Shown: piece after piece, positions 1 through 8,918 of the stretch
Numbering within the stretch: position 1 is the first letter of the stretch
Layout of the letters: each line of letters starts with the position of its first letter
Source: Candidatus Iainarchaeum sp.
GTDB lineage: Archaea > Iainarchaeota > Iainarchaeia > Iainarchaeales > JAFCCW01
Assembly: GCA_017609985.1 (NCBI GenBank)
Contig: JAFCCW010000001.1
Span: 96,001 to 160,000 of the forward strand
Reading direction: 5' to 3'
DNA: 64,000 nucleotides
Made by a program: the position numbers and the translations under genes
The notes under the pieces: model-generated
Told to the model about the DNA's origin: nothing
The model's input: the letters and a program-made list of their open reading frames with translations, nothing else
The model's database searches: none

Positions 1-23
1 AAATACACAAAAAACCACCCACA

Positions 24-36
24 AAAGCTTAAAAAC
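24..36 (+). promoter_or_regulatory. BRE/TATA promoter of the SRP RNA
   Basis: A-rich BRE-like stretch then TTAAAAA at 29-35, about 25 bp upstream of the SRP RNA 5' end. Confidence 0.55.
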
Positions 37-55
37 ACCTGCAACAAAGATATTT

Positions 56-327
56 GTGGGCTAGGTTGGGCCGTCAGCGGTGGCTTGTAACCGGAAATCC
101 GCTTTATGCCGGAACCGAAGCAGATGGAAAGAGCTTCAAATCGCGAAAAAGCCGCTTTTGCAGCGTCGAACTCCTGTCCTTAAAGAGGCCATGTTAGAGC
201 AAATCCGCCAGGGTCGGAAGACAGCAACGGTAACTCTGATAAGGACTGCTTTAGGGGTCGCGGGAGGGAGCTGTAAAAACGTTCACTTTTTTACGAAATT
301 TGGGGTGCGATTCATCTGTGTGCCCAT
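56..327 (+). ncRNA. ffs: Signal recognition particle (7S) RNA, archaeal type, apparently lacking helix 6
   Basis: Terminal helix GTGGGC/GCCCAT; Alu domain with UGUAA and complementary loops AGCGG/CCGCT; long helix 5; helix 8 motif CCGCCAGG-GTC-GGAA-GAC-AGCAACGG at 205-230. Confidence 0.93.
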
Positions 328-398
328 TTATCCTCAAAAAAAAGAAAGAATTAAATACAAGAAAAATATTATCTTTTTGGTTCAAAAAAGGTGTTTAA

Positions 399-710
399 GT
401 GGATGAAGAACGAATTCCAGTCAAAGAACTAATTGAACAGATGAGACGAGAGCTAATGCAAGATCAAGGAAGCAAAGCAAAGCCAAAAACAACAAAACCA
501 AAGAAAAGTGTGAAAAAGAAGAGAAAATCAAAAACAACAAAAAAAAGAAGCCCAGCAAAAAAGAAAAAAACCACTAAAAATAAACCAGTAGCAAGAAAAA
601 AAGCAACAAAGAAAAAGAAAACAGCGAAGAAAAAAACAGCAACAAAGAAAAAAACAACCACTAAAAGAAAAACAAGATGCAGAGCCAAACCCAGAAAAAA
701 GAGAAAATGA
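399..710 (+). CDS. Lys/Arg-rich histone H1-like basic protein with a short helical N-terminus
   Basis: GTG start with AGGTG SD; KKKT/KKKA repeats. Confidence 0.7.
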   Translation: MDEERIPVKELIEQMRRELMQDQGSKAKPKTTKPKKSVKKKRKSKTTKKRSPAKKKKTTKNKPVARKKATKKKKTAKKKTATKKKTTTKRKTRCRAKPRKKRK

Positions 711-1046
711 TTATTTGATTTCTGATTTTACTTCCCGCATCAAAGAATTAATTGTTTTCTGCAAAGCAGTTATAAGTTTCCAGTCCCAACTAGACGCAAC
801 AAAATTTAAGCCAGGAACAGAAGCACGGAGTTTTATAGAATGCTTTCTTCTAAGACCGTCAGAAGAATGCTGTTTGAAATGAACCACAAAAAGCAATTCA
901 TTGCTCAAAATAGTTGAAATTTTATCATAAGTTGATTCGATAGTACTGTTAATTTTTGCAGCATCGATTTCATCAACATCCGGAGCACCAACAATTTGAA
1001 TATTCCTTTTTGCAGAAGAAAAATAACTCGCAACAGGATTACTCAT
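711..1046 (-). CDS. Stand-alone HPF/RaiA-like ribosome-associated (hibernation) protein
   Basis: Pattern VHFKQH..G.RRKHSIKLR..PG..FVAS..DW.L..AL resembles the archaeal HPF-like domain; ATGA overlap with the tpiA stop. Confidence 0.6.
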   Translation of the reverse strand: MSNPVASYFSSAKRNIQIVGAPDVDEIDAAKINSTIESTYDKISTILSNELLFVVHFKQHSSDGLRRKHSIKLRASVPGLNFVASSWDWKLITALQKTINSLMREVKSEIK

Positions 1047-1723
1047 TTTAACCCCCTTGCCAAATCAAGAATTGAGTCTTTTGGATTCTCGCTTTTAACA
1101 ATACCGGAAGCAACAAATACCCCCACAGTTCCGAGTTCCAAAGCTTTTTTAACATCAGCCATGTCCTTAATTCCCGCGCCAGTCACAACATCAATGGAAG
1201 AATTTACAAGCTTTACTTTTTCAACAGTCTCAGTTATTAGCTCAGGCTTTGCATTTGAAACACTCACCTCCCCCCCAATGAGTTCAGGAGGCTCAACAGC
1301 AATAAGGCCAGGAGCAGGATTCATGGAAGCTAGTTCAATAGCTCTGTCAACTGACTCAGCACAAACCATTACCTCTAACCCAGCTTCCTTTGCGCGCTGA
1401 ATTGCGGATTGAACAAAAGAATTGTCCTTTTTGTTTTCAGCATGATTAAGAACAGCCCCCACAGCACCAGCAAACTTAACTGCCTCTGGAAGAATATGGC
1501 CCGTGTTGGAACCAAAAGAAACTGGATCAAGATGCTGTGAAAAAACAGGAATAGAAACTTTTTCAGCAACCATCCGCAAATCAATTGCTTGGGGCACAAC
1601 TGCAATAGACACGTTCTCTGAAATAGAAACAGATTCTGCAGAAAGTGCAAGCGCAAGCGCGTTCTCAGAAGTAGCCTGTTCATAAGTTTTGAAATTGATG
1701 AAAATAACAGGCTTATTGAGCAT
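1043..1723 (-). CDS. tpiA: Triosephosphate isomerase, archaeal type
   Basis: INFKTY, NHAE, AVEPPELIG, GAGI and VASG motifs; 226 aa. Confidence 0.96.
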   Translation of the reverse strand: MLNKPVIFINFKTYEQATSENALALALSAESVSISENVSIAVVPQAIDLRMVAEKVSIPVFSQHLDPVSFGSNTGHILPEAVKFAGAVGAVLNHAENKKDNSFVQSAIQRAKEAGLEVMVCAESVDRAIELASMNPAPGLIAVEPPELIGGEVSVSNAKPELITETVEKVKLVNSSIDVVTGAGIKDMADVKKALELGTVGVFVASGIVKSENPKDSILDLARGLK

Positions 1724-1835
1724 AAATAATATAAAACACCAAAAAGAATAAAATTAGAATAATGCAAACAAAACATCTGCGAAAAAGGGTTCCAAAAGTA
1801 CTATAATAATTTACCAAACAGCATTATTTTAGAAA

Positions 1836-3701
1836 ATGAAGAAAAAAAAAACAAACCTGAAAGAACTCATTAACGAAGTAAAGAGCAAAAATTCAGATGC
1901 AAACATCGCCCTTATCAAAAAAGCATTTGAAAAAGCCACTGCCAAAAACACTAGCAAAATAAGAAATATGGAAGAACTCAAAACACATCTTTTGAACAGC
2001 GCAATCACTATAGCAAAATTAAACCTGGGGGAAGAAGCAGTAAACGCAACACTGTTGCATGAAACAGGAAACACGCAAGAAGAAATTGAAAAAATCAAAC
2101 ACGATTTTGGAAAAGCCACAGCACAACTTGTTGAAGAGATAACAAAGATAACAGAAATTGAAGAAAACAACAGGGGAAAAATTTCAAATGAAGTTCTGAG
2201 CAGGGTAATACTTTCAACAGGCAAAGACATCAGATCAGTATTTATAAAACTTGCAACAACTCAGCAAAATATTGAAGATATTGACCTCTGGAAAGAAAAA
2301 GGAGAAAAAATGGCAGAAATCACTGCCCAGGCGTATGTTCCGATTTGTCACAAACTTGGATTAAAAGAAATGGAGTGGAACATGCGAGACCTTGCATTCA
2401 AAAAGCTTGAGCCGGAAGAATACGCAAAAATAAAAAAAAACATAGGTCAAAAAAGAGAAAAAAGAGAAAGAGAAGTTAATGAACTTGTTGAAGAACTAAC
2501 AAACGAACTTCAAAAACAAAAAATGAAAGTATATGTGTATGGGCGACCAAAAAGTTTTTACAGCATCTACAAAAAACTAAAAACCGGAAAACAAATTGAA
2601 GAAATTCATGATTTGCTAGCAGCAAGAATAATTTGCGACTCAATCAAAGAATGTTACGAAGCACTCTCCGTAGTGCATTCCTTATTCAAGCCTGTTTCAA
2701 AAGACTTCAAGGATTATATTGCAAGCCCAAAGAAAAACAATTACAAAAGCATTCACACCGCAATGGAATGGAGAAAAAAAATTGTAGAAATACAAATAAG
2801 AACCTGGGAAATGCACGCAGAAGCAGAACTAGGAATCGCAGCGCACTGGAAATACAAGGAATTTCAAAAAGACCAGTATTTTGATCAAAAACTTGGCTGG
2901 GCAAGACAGTTAGCAGACTGGCAACAAAAAGAAAAAAATGCAATTGATGTAATGAAAAGTTTAAAGTTAGATATTGGAGAAAACAAGATATTTGTTCTGA
3001 CCCCACAAAAAAAAGTTGTTGTTCTTCCGGAAGGTTCAACCCCAATAGACTTTGCATTCGCAATCCATTCAGAAATAGGTTACAAATGCAAATTAGCAAA
3101 AGTTAACGGAAAAATAGTGCCATTAAACCAGATTCTGGAAAATGCAGACACAATAGAAATAATTACATCCCCCAAAGACCAGGCAAAAAGCCAATGGATA
3201 AGTTTTGTGAGGCTAGACAAAGCAATAACAAAACTCAAACAAAAACTTGGCATAAAAGAAAAACAAGAAAAGAAAAAACACAAAATCGTTGGGAAAAAAA
3301 GCAGAAAAAACATTAGAATTGCAAACTGCTGCAAACCAATTCCCGGAGACCCAATACAAGGATACAAAACAACAAAAAGAAAAATAAGCGTGCACAAAAA
3401 AGAATGCAAAAACCTGAGCACGATTGAAACAGGAAAATTAGTAGAAATAAGCTGGGAAGGCCTTGGAGGCGAATTCCAAGCAGAGATATATATCCGCGCA
3501 GAAGACAGACCAGAAATTCTCAGAAATCTTTTAGATGAAACAGCAAAAGAAAAAATAAAAATATACTCAACCAGCGCAAAAGCCAAAGCAAACGCGATTG
3601 AATGCATATTCAAGATAGGGATAAAAAACGCAAACCAGCTTGAAAAACTAATTAACAGACTTGAAAAGGTACCTGGCACCCACAGCGTGAAAAGAAGATA
3701 A
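1836..3701 (+). CDS. relA: Long RelA/SpoT homologue (pseudo-HD, SYNTH, TGS, ZFD, ACT); probable (p)ppGpp synthetase
   Basis: GRPKSFYSIYKK, DLLAARII, DYIASPKKNNYKSIHT, EIQIRT..MH..AELGIAAHWKYKE; TGS TPIDFAFAIHSEIG; ZFD ANCCKPIPGD..VHKKEC; C-terminal ACT. Confidence 0.93.
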   Translation: MKKKKTNLKELINEVKSKNSDANIALIKKAFEKATAKNTSKIRNMEELKTHLLNSAITIAKLNLGEEAVNATLLHETGNTQEEIEKIKHDFGKATAQLVEEITKITEIEENNRGKISNEVLSRVILSTGKDIRSVFIKLATTQQNIEDIDLWKEKGEKMAEITAQAYVPICHKLGLKEMEWNMRDLAFKKLEPEEYAKIKKNIGQKREKREREVNELVEELTNELQKQKMKVYVYGRPKSFYSIYKKLKTGKQIEEIHDLLAARIICDSIKECYEALSVVHSLFKPVSKDFKDYIASPKKNNYKSIHTAMEWRKKIVEIQIRTWEMHAEAELGIAAHWKYKEFQKDQYFDQKLGWARQLADWQQKEKNAIDVMKSLKLDIGENKIFVLTPQKKVVVLPEGSTPIDFAFAIHSEIGYKCKLAKVNGKIVPLNQILENADTIEIITSPKDQAKSQWISFVRLDKAITKLKQKLGIKEKQEKKKHKIVGKKSRKNIRIANCCKPIPGDPIQGYKTTKRKISVHKKECKNLSTIETGKLVEISWEGLGGEFQAEIYIRAEDRPEILRNLLDETAKEKIKIYSTSAKAKANAIECIFKIGIKNANQLEKLINRLEKVPGTHSVKRR

Positions 3702-3747
3702 AAGAAAATTATATTAATAAGAAAAACAGTAATAAAGATGTGATAAA

Positions 3748-4488
3748 ATGAATAGGGTAAAAACAGGAATAAAAGGATTAGACACATTGGTCGAAGGCGG
3801 GTTTCCAAAAGGCAGAAGTGTGCTTGTAAGCGGAGGTTGCGGAACAGGAAAAACAATTCTGTCAATGCAATATATTTACAGCGGAGCCAAAGACTTTGGA
3901 GAACCAGGAGTGTATGTGACACTTGATGAAAGACCAGATTTGTTAAGAGAAGATTGTTTAAGATTTGGATGGGATTTAGCCAAGCTTGAAGACAAAAACC
4001 TGATGCAGATAATAGACGGAAGCATTGCAAAACTTGGAATTCCATCAGAAGAAGAATTCTCACTCCCAGTAACCGGATTTGATATAGATAAGCTATTGTT
4101 GGAAACAATGAGAATAATAAAAAGAATTGGGGCAAAGCGTGTTGTGATAGACTCTATTCCCGCACTCGGATTCAATTTCAAAGACGAAAACGAAGTGAGA
4201 AAAGCAATACTCAAACTTAGCTATATGTTAATGAGAAGCGGAGTAACATCCATAATGACAAGTGAAGTAGCAGAAGGAGACCAAAGATATGGCAAGTATG
4301 GAGTAGAAGAATATGTGGTTGACGGAGTAATTGTGTTACACTACATGGGGGTTGGAACCCAAAGCAATAGAACGCTTCATGTCAGGAAAATGAGAGCAAC
4401 AAACCACAGCGAAGACCTTCACCCACTCAAGATAGGAAAAAAAGGAATAGAAATAAGCAAAATAGAAGACGAATACAACGATGTTTAA
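3748..4488 (+). CDS. Single-domain KaiC/RAD55-like ATPase
   Basis: RVKTGIKGLD, Walker A GGCGTGKT, RVVIDS, EEYVVDGVIVL, KMRATNH. Confidence 0.92.
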   Translation: MNRVKTGIKGLDTLVEGGFPKGRSVLVSGGCGTGKTILSMQYIYSGAKDFGEPGVYVTLDERPDLLREDCLRFGWDLAKLEDKNLMQIIDGSIAKLGIPSEEEFSLPVTGFDIDKLLLETMRIIKRIGAKRVVIDSIPALGFNFKDENEVRKAILKLSYMLMRSGVTSIMTSEVAEGDQRYGKYGVEEYVVDGVIVLHYMGVGTQSNRTLHVRKMRATNHSEDLHPLKIGKKGIEISKIEDEYNDV

Positions 4489-6104
4489 ATTCCTGCTTCC
4501 TTGATTCTTTCAATACATTTTTCTTTCCCCAGCGCAAAAACAAGCGTGCCAATCTTTGGACCGCGTTCTTTACCCACTAAAATAAGATAAAGCGCCTTAA
4601 AAAGATTTCCTGGGGAAACACCAGCAGACTTAGCAGTTTCAAAAACAGCAGTCTGAATCAAATCAGGAGAATCAAGAGGTTCAATTTTCTTAGAAAGCTC
4701 TGTAAAAAGAGAAATAATTTCAGAATCAACTCCAAGCAATAGCTTTTTGTCAAACTCTTCCAAAAAACCAAGTTTGAATTCAGGAGGAGCATATTTTTCA
4801 ACCCAAGTTTTAGCAAAACCAAGCGTTTCCAAAAACAATTCTTTTTCATAACCAGAAAGTTTTTTTGAAATATACTTACTTTCAATAAGAATTTTCTCCA
4901 AACTCTCAAAATCGTTCACAAAATCAACAAGTTGAGCAAGCTGAATCGCAAAACTGTAAGAAAGTTTTACTGGCATTTTTTTGGGAAGTTTTGAGATAGC
5001 AGAAAATTCAAAATCAAGTTTAATTTTTTCAGAAAGCTTGTCAGTTTGCGCAGATTCCAAACCATAAAAAATCCGTTCCGCTCGCTCAAACCTACCCATG
5101 AGCAATACAAAAGAGTTGCCAGAAAGATCAAAATCAATAACTTTATTCGGACGATAATTAAAATTCAAAAACCGAAATGCTTCAGGAGGCGCAACTTCAA
5201 CCCAGTCAGACAAAGTAGTAACGTTTCCAACAGAGCCAGCCATTTTCCTGCCCCCAATCTGAATAAATTCAGTTGGAAGCTGATATGGAGGCGGAGTTCC
5301 AAAAACTTCCCGAATCATTGCGTGCCCAACATCAACACTGCTTCCTTTTGAAAAATGATCCTTTCCCCCGGATTCAAAATCAACCTTGTGCAAAAGCCAG
5401 TGCGCAACCCAATGAACACGCCAATGAAGTTTTCCATTTCCATCAAACGGAGATTTTTTTCCATTGTGCCCGCAAGCACTGCAAGAGTACTCAACTTCTT
5501 TTCCGTCCCAAGAAAGAGCATCAGTAAAATAAATCTTCCCGCAAGAATCACAAAAAACCTGAACTGGGAGGAAAGAAGATTTTTTGTCAGCCCCAGCCAC
5601 TCTATTCCAAACTTCAACGATTTTTTCAGACTTGTCAAGAGATTCAGAGATAAGAGAATTAAACTTTCCAGATTTATAAGTTTGAAAAGCAGAAACAATA
5701 TTCAGATCAACACCAAATTTTTCAATTACAGAAACAACATCTGAAACAAAAGCATCAGCCCAGGAATTAAATCCCTTAATTGGAGATGGCGCCAACGCAC
5801 AAGGAACCCCAAGAAAATTTTTTTCATCAGATTTCTTTATCCCAAGAGGAGGGGGAATTTTTTTAACCGCATCAAAATCATCAATGATAAAATTTTGAGA
5901 CACCTTAACCCCCTTATCCTCAAGAGCGCGCTTGACCGAGTAAGGAGTGAAAATTTCAGGCCTTGAGTTTCCAATATGAAAAAAACCAGACGGTGTCCAC
6001 ATACCTTGACAAACATAATTCTTTTTGTTACGCTTCAACACTTCTGAAGCCGCAGACTCAGCCCAACTGGAAGCATCAGAATTTGATTTATTTTTTCTGC
6101 CCAT
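4485..6104 (-). CDS. lysS: Lysyl-tRNA synthetase, class I
   Basis: TPSGFFHIGN, Zn CxxC pairs, GKLHWRVHW, ESGGKDH, KMAGSVGN, GKERGPKIG. Confidence 0.95.
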   Translation of the reverse strand: MGRKNKSNSDASSWAESAASEVLKRNKKNYVCQGMWTPSGFFHIGNSRPEIFTPYSVKRALEDKGVKVSQNFIIDDFDAVKKIPPPLGIKKSDEKNFLGVPCALAPSPIKGFNSWADAFVSDVVSVIEKFGVDLNIVSAFQTYKSGKFNSLISESLDKSEKIVEVWNRVAGADKKSSFLPVQVFCDSCGKIYFTDALSWDGKEVEYSCSACGHNGKKSPFDGNGKLHWRVHWVAHWLLHKVDFESGGKDHFSKGSSVDVGHAMIREVFGTPPPYQLPTEFIQIGGRKMAGSVGNVTTLSDWVEVAPPEAFRFLNFNYRPNKVIDFDLSGNSFVLLMGRFERAERIFYGLESAQTDKLSEKIKLDFEFSAISKLPKKMPVKLSYSFAIQLAQLVDFVNDFESLEKILIESKYISKKLSGYEKELFLETLGFAKTWVEKYAPPEFKLGFLEEFDKKLLLGVDSEIISLFTELSKKIEPLDSPDLIQTAVFETAKSAGVSPGNLFKALYLILVGKERGPKIGTLVFALGKEKCIERIKEAGI

Positions 6105-6244
6105 ATAAAAAAGTTTCCCGGCAAACAGTTAAAAAACAATTGATAAAAATTTTTTCAACAAAAAAAGGAAAGAAATAAATTTAAATACCAGAACGCTGTT
6201 AATAACAAATCTTTTTTATAAAACTTCAAAGGAGGTAAACAAGA

Positions 6245-6544
6245 ATGCCAGCAAAGAAAAAGAAAACAACAAGAAAAAAAACAGCGACAAAGAAAAAAAC
6301 AACAAAAAAGAAAACCACACGAAAAAAAGCAACAGCAAGAAAAACAGTTAAAAGAAAAACCACACGAAAAAAACCAGCAGCAAGAAAAAAAAAGGTTAAG
6401 AGAAAAACAATAAAAAAAAGAAGACCTGCAAAAAAGAAAACCACACGAAAAAAAACAACAAAGAAAAAAAGCATTAGAAGCAGGGTAAAAAAAGCGGTTC
6501 ACAAAGTTAAAAAGAGAGTAATAAAAAGGAAGAAGAAAAAATAA
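6245..6544 (+). CDS. Histone H1/Hc2-like highly basic repeat protein
   Basis: Strong GGAGGT SD; about 44 Lys and 14 Arg in 99 aa with no acidic residues; KTTRKK repeats; T-rich terminator follows. Confidence 0.8.
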   Translation: MPAKKKKTTRKKTATKKKTTKKKTTRKKATARKTVKRKTTRKKPAARKKKVKRKTIKKRRPAKKKTTRKKTTKKKSIRSRVKKAVHKVKKRVIKRKKKK

Positions 6545-6617
6545 CTTCTTCCAACCATCTCTTTTCTGATTTTTATTTTTTTAAAAAAAATAGGCCCAGC
6601 AATGGACAAATAAAAAA

Positions 6618-6691
6618 TGGGGCGGGCGGGATTTGAACCCGCGACACTACGGTCTTCAGCCGTATGCTCTCCCAGGCTGAGCTACCGCCCC
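6618..6691 (-). tRNA. tRNA-Phe(GAA)
   Basis: Cloverleaf GGGGCGG..CCGCCCCA; anticodon loop CTGAAGA (G37); T-loop TTCAAAT; no encoded CCA. Confidence 0.97.
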
Positions 6692-6743
6692 AGAAAAAGA
6701 ATACTGTTAAAGCATTCTTTAAAAGATATCCTTGTTTATGCAG

Positions 6744-6817
6744 CGAGCCCGGAGGGATTCGAACCCTCGACGCCCTGGTTAAGAGCCAGGTGCTCTGCCA
6801 GACTGAGCTACGGGCCC
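6744..6817 (-). tRNA. tRNA-Lys(CTT)
   Basis: GGGCCCG..CGGGCTCG; anticodon loop CTCTTAA. Confidence 0.97.
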
Positions 6818-6849
6818 AACAGATTTACAAACTGTTGGCAATAACTAAA

Positions 6850-6923
6850 CGAGCCCAGAGGGATTCGAACCCTCGACACCCTGGTTAAAAGCCAGGTGCT
6901 CTGCCAGACTGAGCTATGGGCCC
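6850..6923 (-). tRNA. tRNA-Lys(TTT)
   Basis: GGGCCCA..TGGGCTCG; anticodon loop CTTTTAA. Confidence 0.97.
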
Positions 6924-6986
6924 ATAAAACACAAACAAATCGTTTAATACTTTGCACTCAGATAAATTAATAAAAGTTGAGCAAAC

Positions 6987-8276
6987 CTATTTTTTCTTCC
7001 CAACAATCTCTTTTTGCCCACCCATATAGGCCTGAAGTGGTTTTGGAATTAAAATATTACCCTCTTTTGTCTGAAAATTTTCAACAATCGCACGAAGTGC
7101 ACGACCAGTCGCCACTTGAGTACTATTCAAAGTGTGAACAAAACTCGTCTCATGTGTTTTTGGATCTCTGACCTTGATATTAGAACGAACTGCCTGATAA
7201 GAGGTACAGTTACTGCAAGACACTGCTTCCCTATATTTTTTCTCACGAGGCATCCAAATTTCCAAATCATATTTTTTAGCAGCAACTGTGCCCATGTCAC
7301 CAGTGCAAACATTCACAACCTGATAAGGAATTTTAAGTGCCTGAAAAAATTGCTCAGCATTTTCAAGAAGCTCTTCATGAATTTTCCAGCTGTCCTCTGG
7401 TTTGCAAAACACAAACTGCTCAATTTTGTTAAACTGGTGAACTCTAAAAATGCCTTTAGTATCTACTCCGTGAGACCCAATTTCTTTTCTAAAACAAGCA
7501 CTAATTCCAGCAAACTTCAACGGCAATTCCTTTTCTTCAACAATTTCATCCAAAAATCTGCTGCCGATAGCGTGCTCGCTTGTAGCAATAAGATAAAGAT
7601 CTTCACCCTCAATTTTGTACATTACATTTTCAAAGTCATCAAGATCAGTCACGCCCTCATATGCCTTCCGATTAATCATAAATGGAGGTTCAACAAGGAT
7701 AAATCCTTTCTTCACAAGAGAATCAATCCCAAACATCTGAATTGCCATTTCAAGACGGGCAAAATCCCCCAACAGATAATAAAAACCAGCACCAGCAACT
7801 TTAGTGGCACGATCAAAATCAGCTAAGCCAGCATTCTGCAAAAATTCCCCGTGCGGCTGCAATTCAAAGTTATGATTTGGAAGCTTGCCCCATGTTTTAA
7901 TAACAACATTTTCAGAATCATCTTTGCCTTCCGGAACCGACTCGTGCAAAACATTAGGAAGACGCATCAAACAAGAATCAATCTCACTGCGTAAAGCATT
8001 GGTTTTTGATTCAAGTTCCTTAATCTTGTTCGGAAAATCAGAAGCAGAAGCAATTTGCTTGCTTGCATCCTTGCCCGCAGCCTTAAGCAATTTAATTTCA
8101 GAAGTAATCTTATTTCTCTGCTGCCTCAAAGAATCAGCTTCCTTTTTCAACGCACGCCAAGCAACATCCTTTTTGAGAAGGCTATTGAATAAATCCTTCT
8201 TCTCGGGCTGGGCTCTTTTATCAAGGTCAGCCAAATAAACCTCGGGGCGGGCTCTGATATCACAAATATCCAACAT
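6987..8276 (-). CDS. serS: Seryl-tRNA synthetase (standard type)
   Basis: N-terminal coiled arm, LIATSEH, CFRKEIG, FRVHQFNKIEQF, SCSNC, HTLNST..ATGR. Confidence 0.97.
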   Translation of the reverse strand: MLDICDIRARPEVYLADLDKRAQPEKKDLFNSLLKKDVAWRALKKEADSLRQQRNKITSEIKLLKAAGKDASKQIASASDFPNKIKELESKTNALRSEIDSCLMRLPNVLHESVPEGKDDSENVVIKTWGKLPNHNFELQPHGEFLQNAGLADFDRATKVAGAGFYYLLGDFARLEMAIQMFGIDSLVKKGFILVEPPFMINRKAYEGVTDLDDFENVMYKIEGEDLYLIATSEHAIGSRFLDEIVEEKELPLKFAGISACFRKEIGSHGVDTKGIFRVHQFNKIEQFVFCKPEDSWKIHEELLENAEQFFQALKIPYQVVNVCTGDMGTVAAKKYDLEIWMPREKKYREAVSCSNCTSYQAVRSNIKVRDPKTHETSFVHTLNSTQVATGRALRAIVENFQTKEGNILIPKPLQAYMGGQKEIVGKKK

Positions 8277-8345
8277 AAAAACACCAAACCATATAAAAAA
8301 ACTGATAGAAAACAGTTAAAAGGGTTAATGAACGCAGTAGATTTT

Positions 8346-8873
8346 ATGACAAGAGAAGTTGTTGTGTTAAGATATGGCCACAGAATTGTGAGAGACGAAC
8401 GCGTCACAAGCCATGTCTGTCTTGTGGCAAGAGCCTTTGGAGCAAAAAAAATTATTGTAGCGGGAGACGAAGACAAAAGTACAAAAGAGAGTGTGCAAGA
8501 TATTGTGAAAAGATGGGGGGGAAATTTTAAAGTAGAATTCAGTGAAAGCTGGAAAAAGACAATGAAAAGCTATCAAAAGAAAGGATTCAAAGCAGTTCAC
8601 GCAACAATGTATGGGCTTGAATTAAACAAAGCAGAAACAAAATTAAAAAAAATAAACAAAATATTGTTAGTGATAGGCTCCCAAAAAGTTGAAAAAGAAG
8701 TATACCAGCTAGCAGACTATAATATTTCAGTAGGATTACAACCCCATTCAGAAATAGCAGCCCTAGCAGTAGTGCTGGACAGACTATTTGAAGGAAAAGA
8801 GTTGGAGAAAAAATTCAAAGGAAAAGTAAGAATAGAACCACAAGCCAAAGGAAAAAAAGTCATAAAAAATTAA
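8346..8873 (+). CDS. trm56: tRNA (cytidine-56-2'-O)-methyltransferase aTrm56
   Basis: LRYGHR..RDERVTSHV.LVARAFGA, HATMYG, QPHSEIAALAV; start may be 8328. Confidence 0.95.
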   Translation: MTREVVVLRYGHRIVRDERVTSHVCLVARAFGAKKIIVAGDEDKSTKESVQDIVKRWGGNFKVEFSESWKKTMKSYQKKGFKAVHATMYGLELNKAETKLKKINKILLVIGSQKVEKEVYQLADYNISVGLQPHSEIAALAVVLDRLFEGKELEKKFKGKVRIEPQAKGKKVIKN

Positions 8874-8918
8874 AAACAGCAGACGAGTTTAAATTAGTTT
8901 TTGAAGGAATAATAGTTT

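Noticed and set aside
80-406. 108-aa ORF
   Set aside because: It overlaps the SRP RNA and has no protein-like features
3080-4135. 351-aa antisense ORF
   Set aside because: It lies opposite the RSH and KaiC genes; A-rich coding strands give stop-poor antisense frames
3748-4488. Circadian KaiC clock
   Set aside because: It is a single-domain protein with no kaiA or kaiB nearby; this is the widespread archaeal KaiC-like family
464-6502. Hydrophobic Phe/Val-rich minus-strand ORFs (464-688, 6155-6502, 6226-6474)
   Set aside because: They are antisense shadows of the Lys-rich genes (AAA read as TTT)
6617-6888. ORFs across the tRNA cluster, and a possible CRISPR-like repeat
   Set aside because: The ORFs are antisense to tRNAs; the repeated sequence is just the two near-identical tRNA-Lys genes
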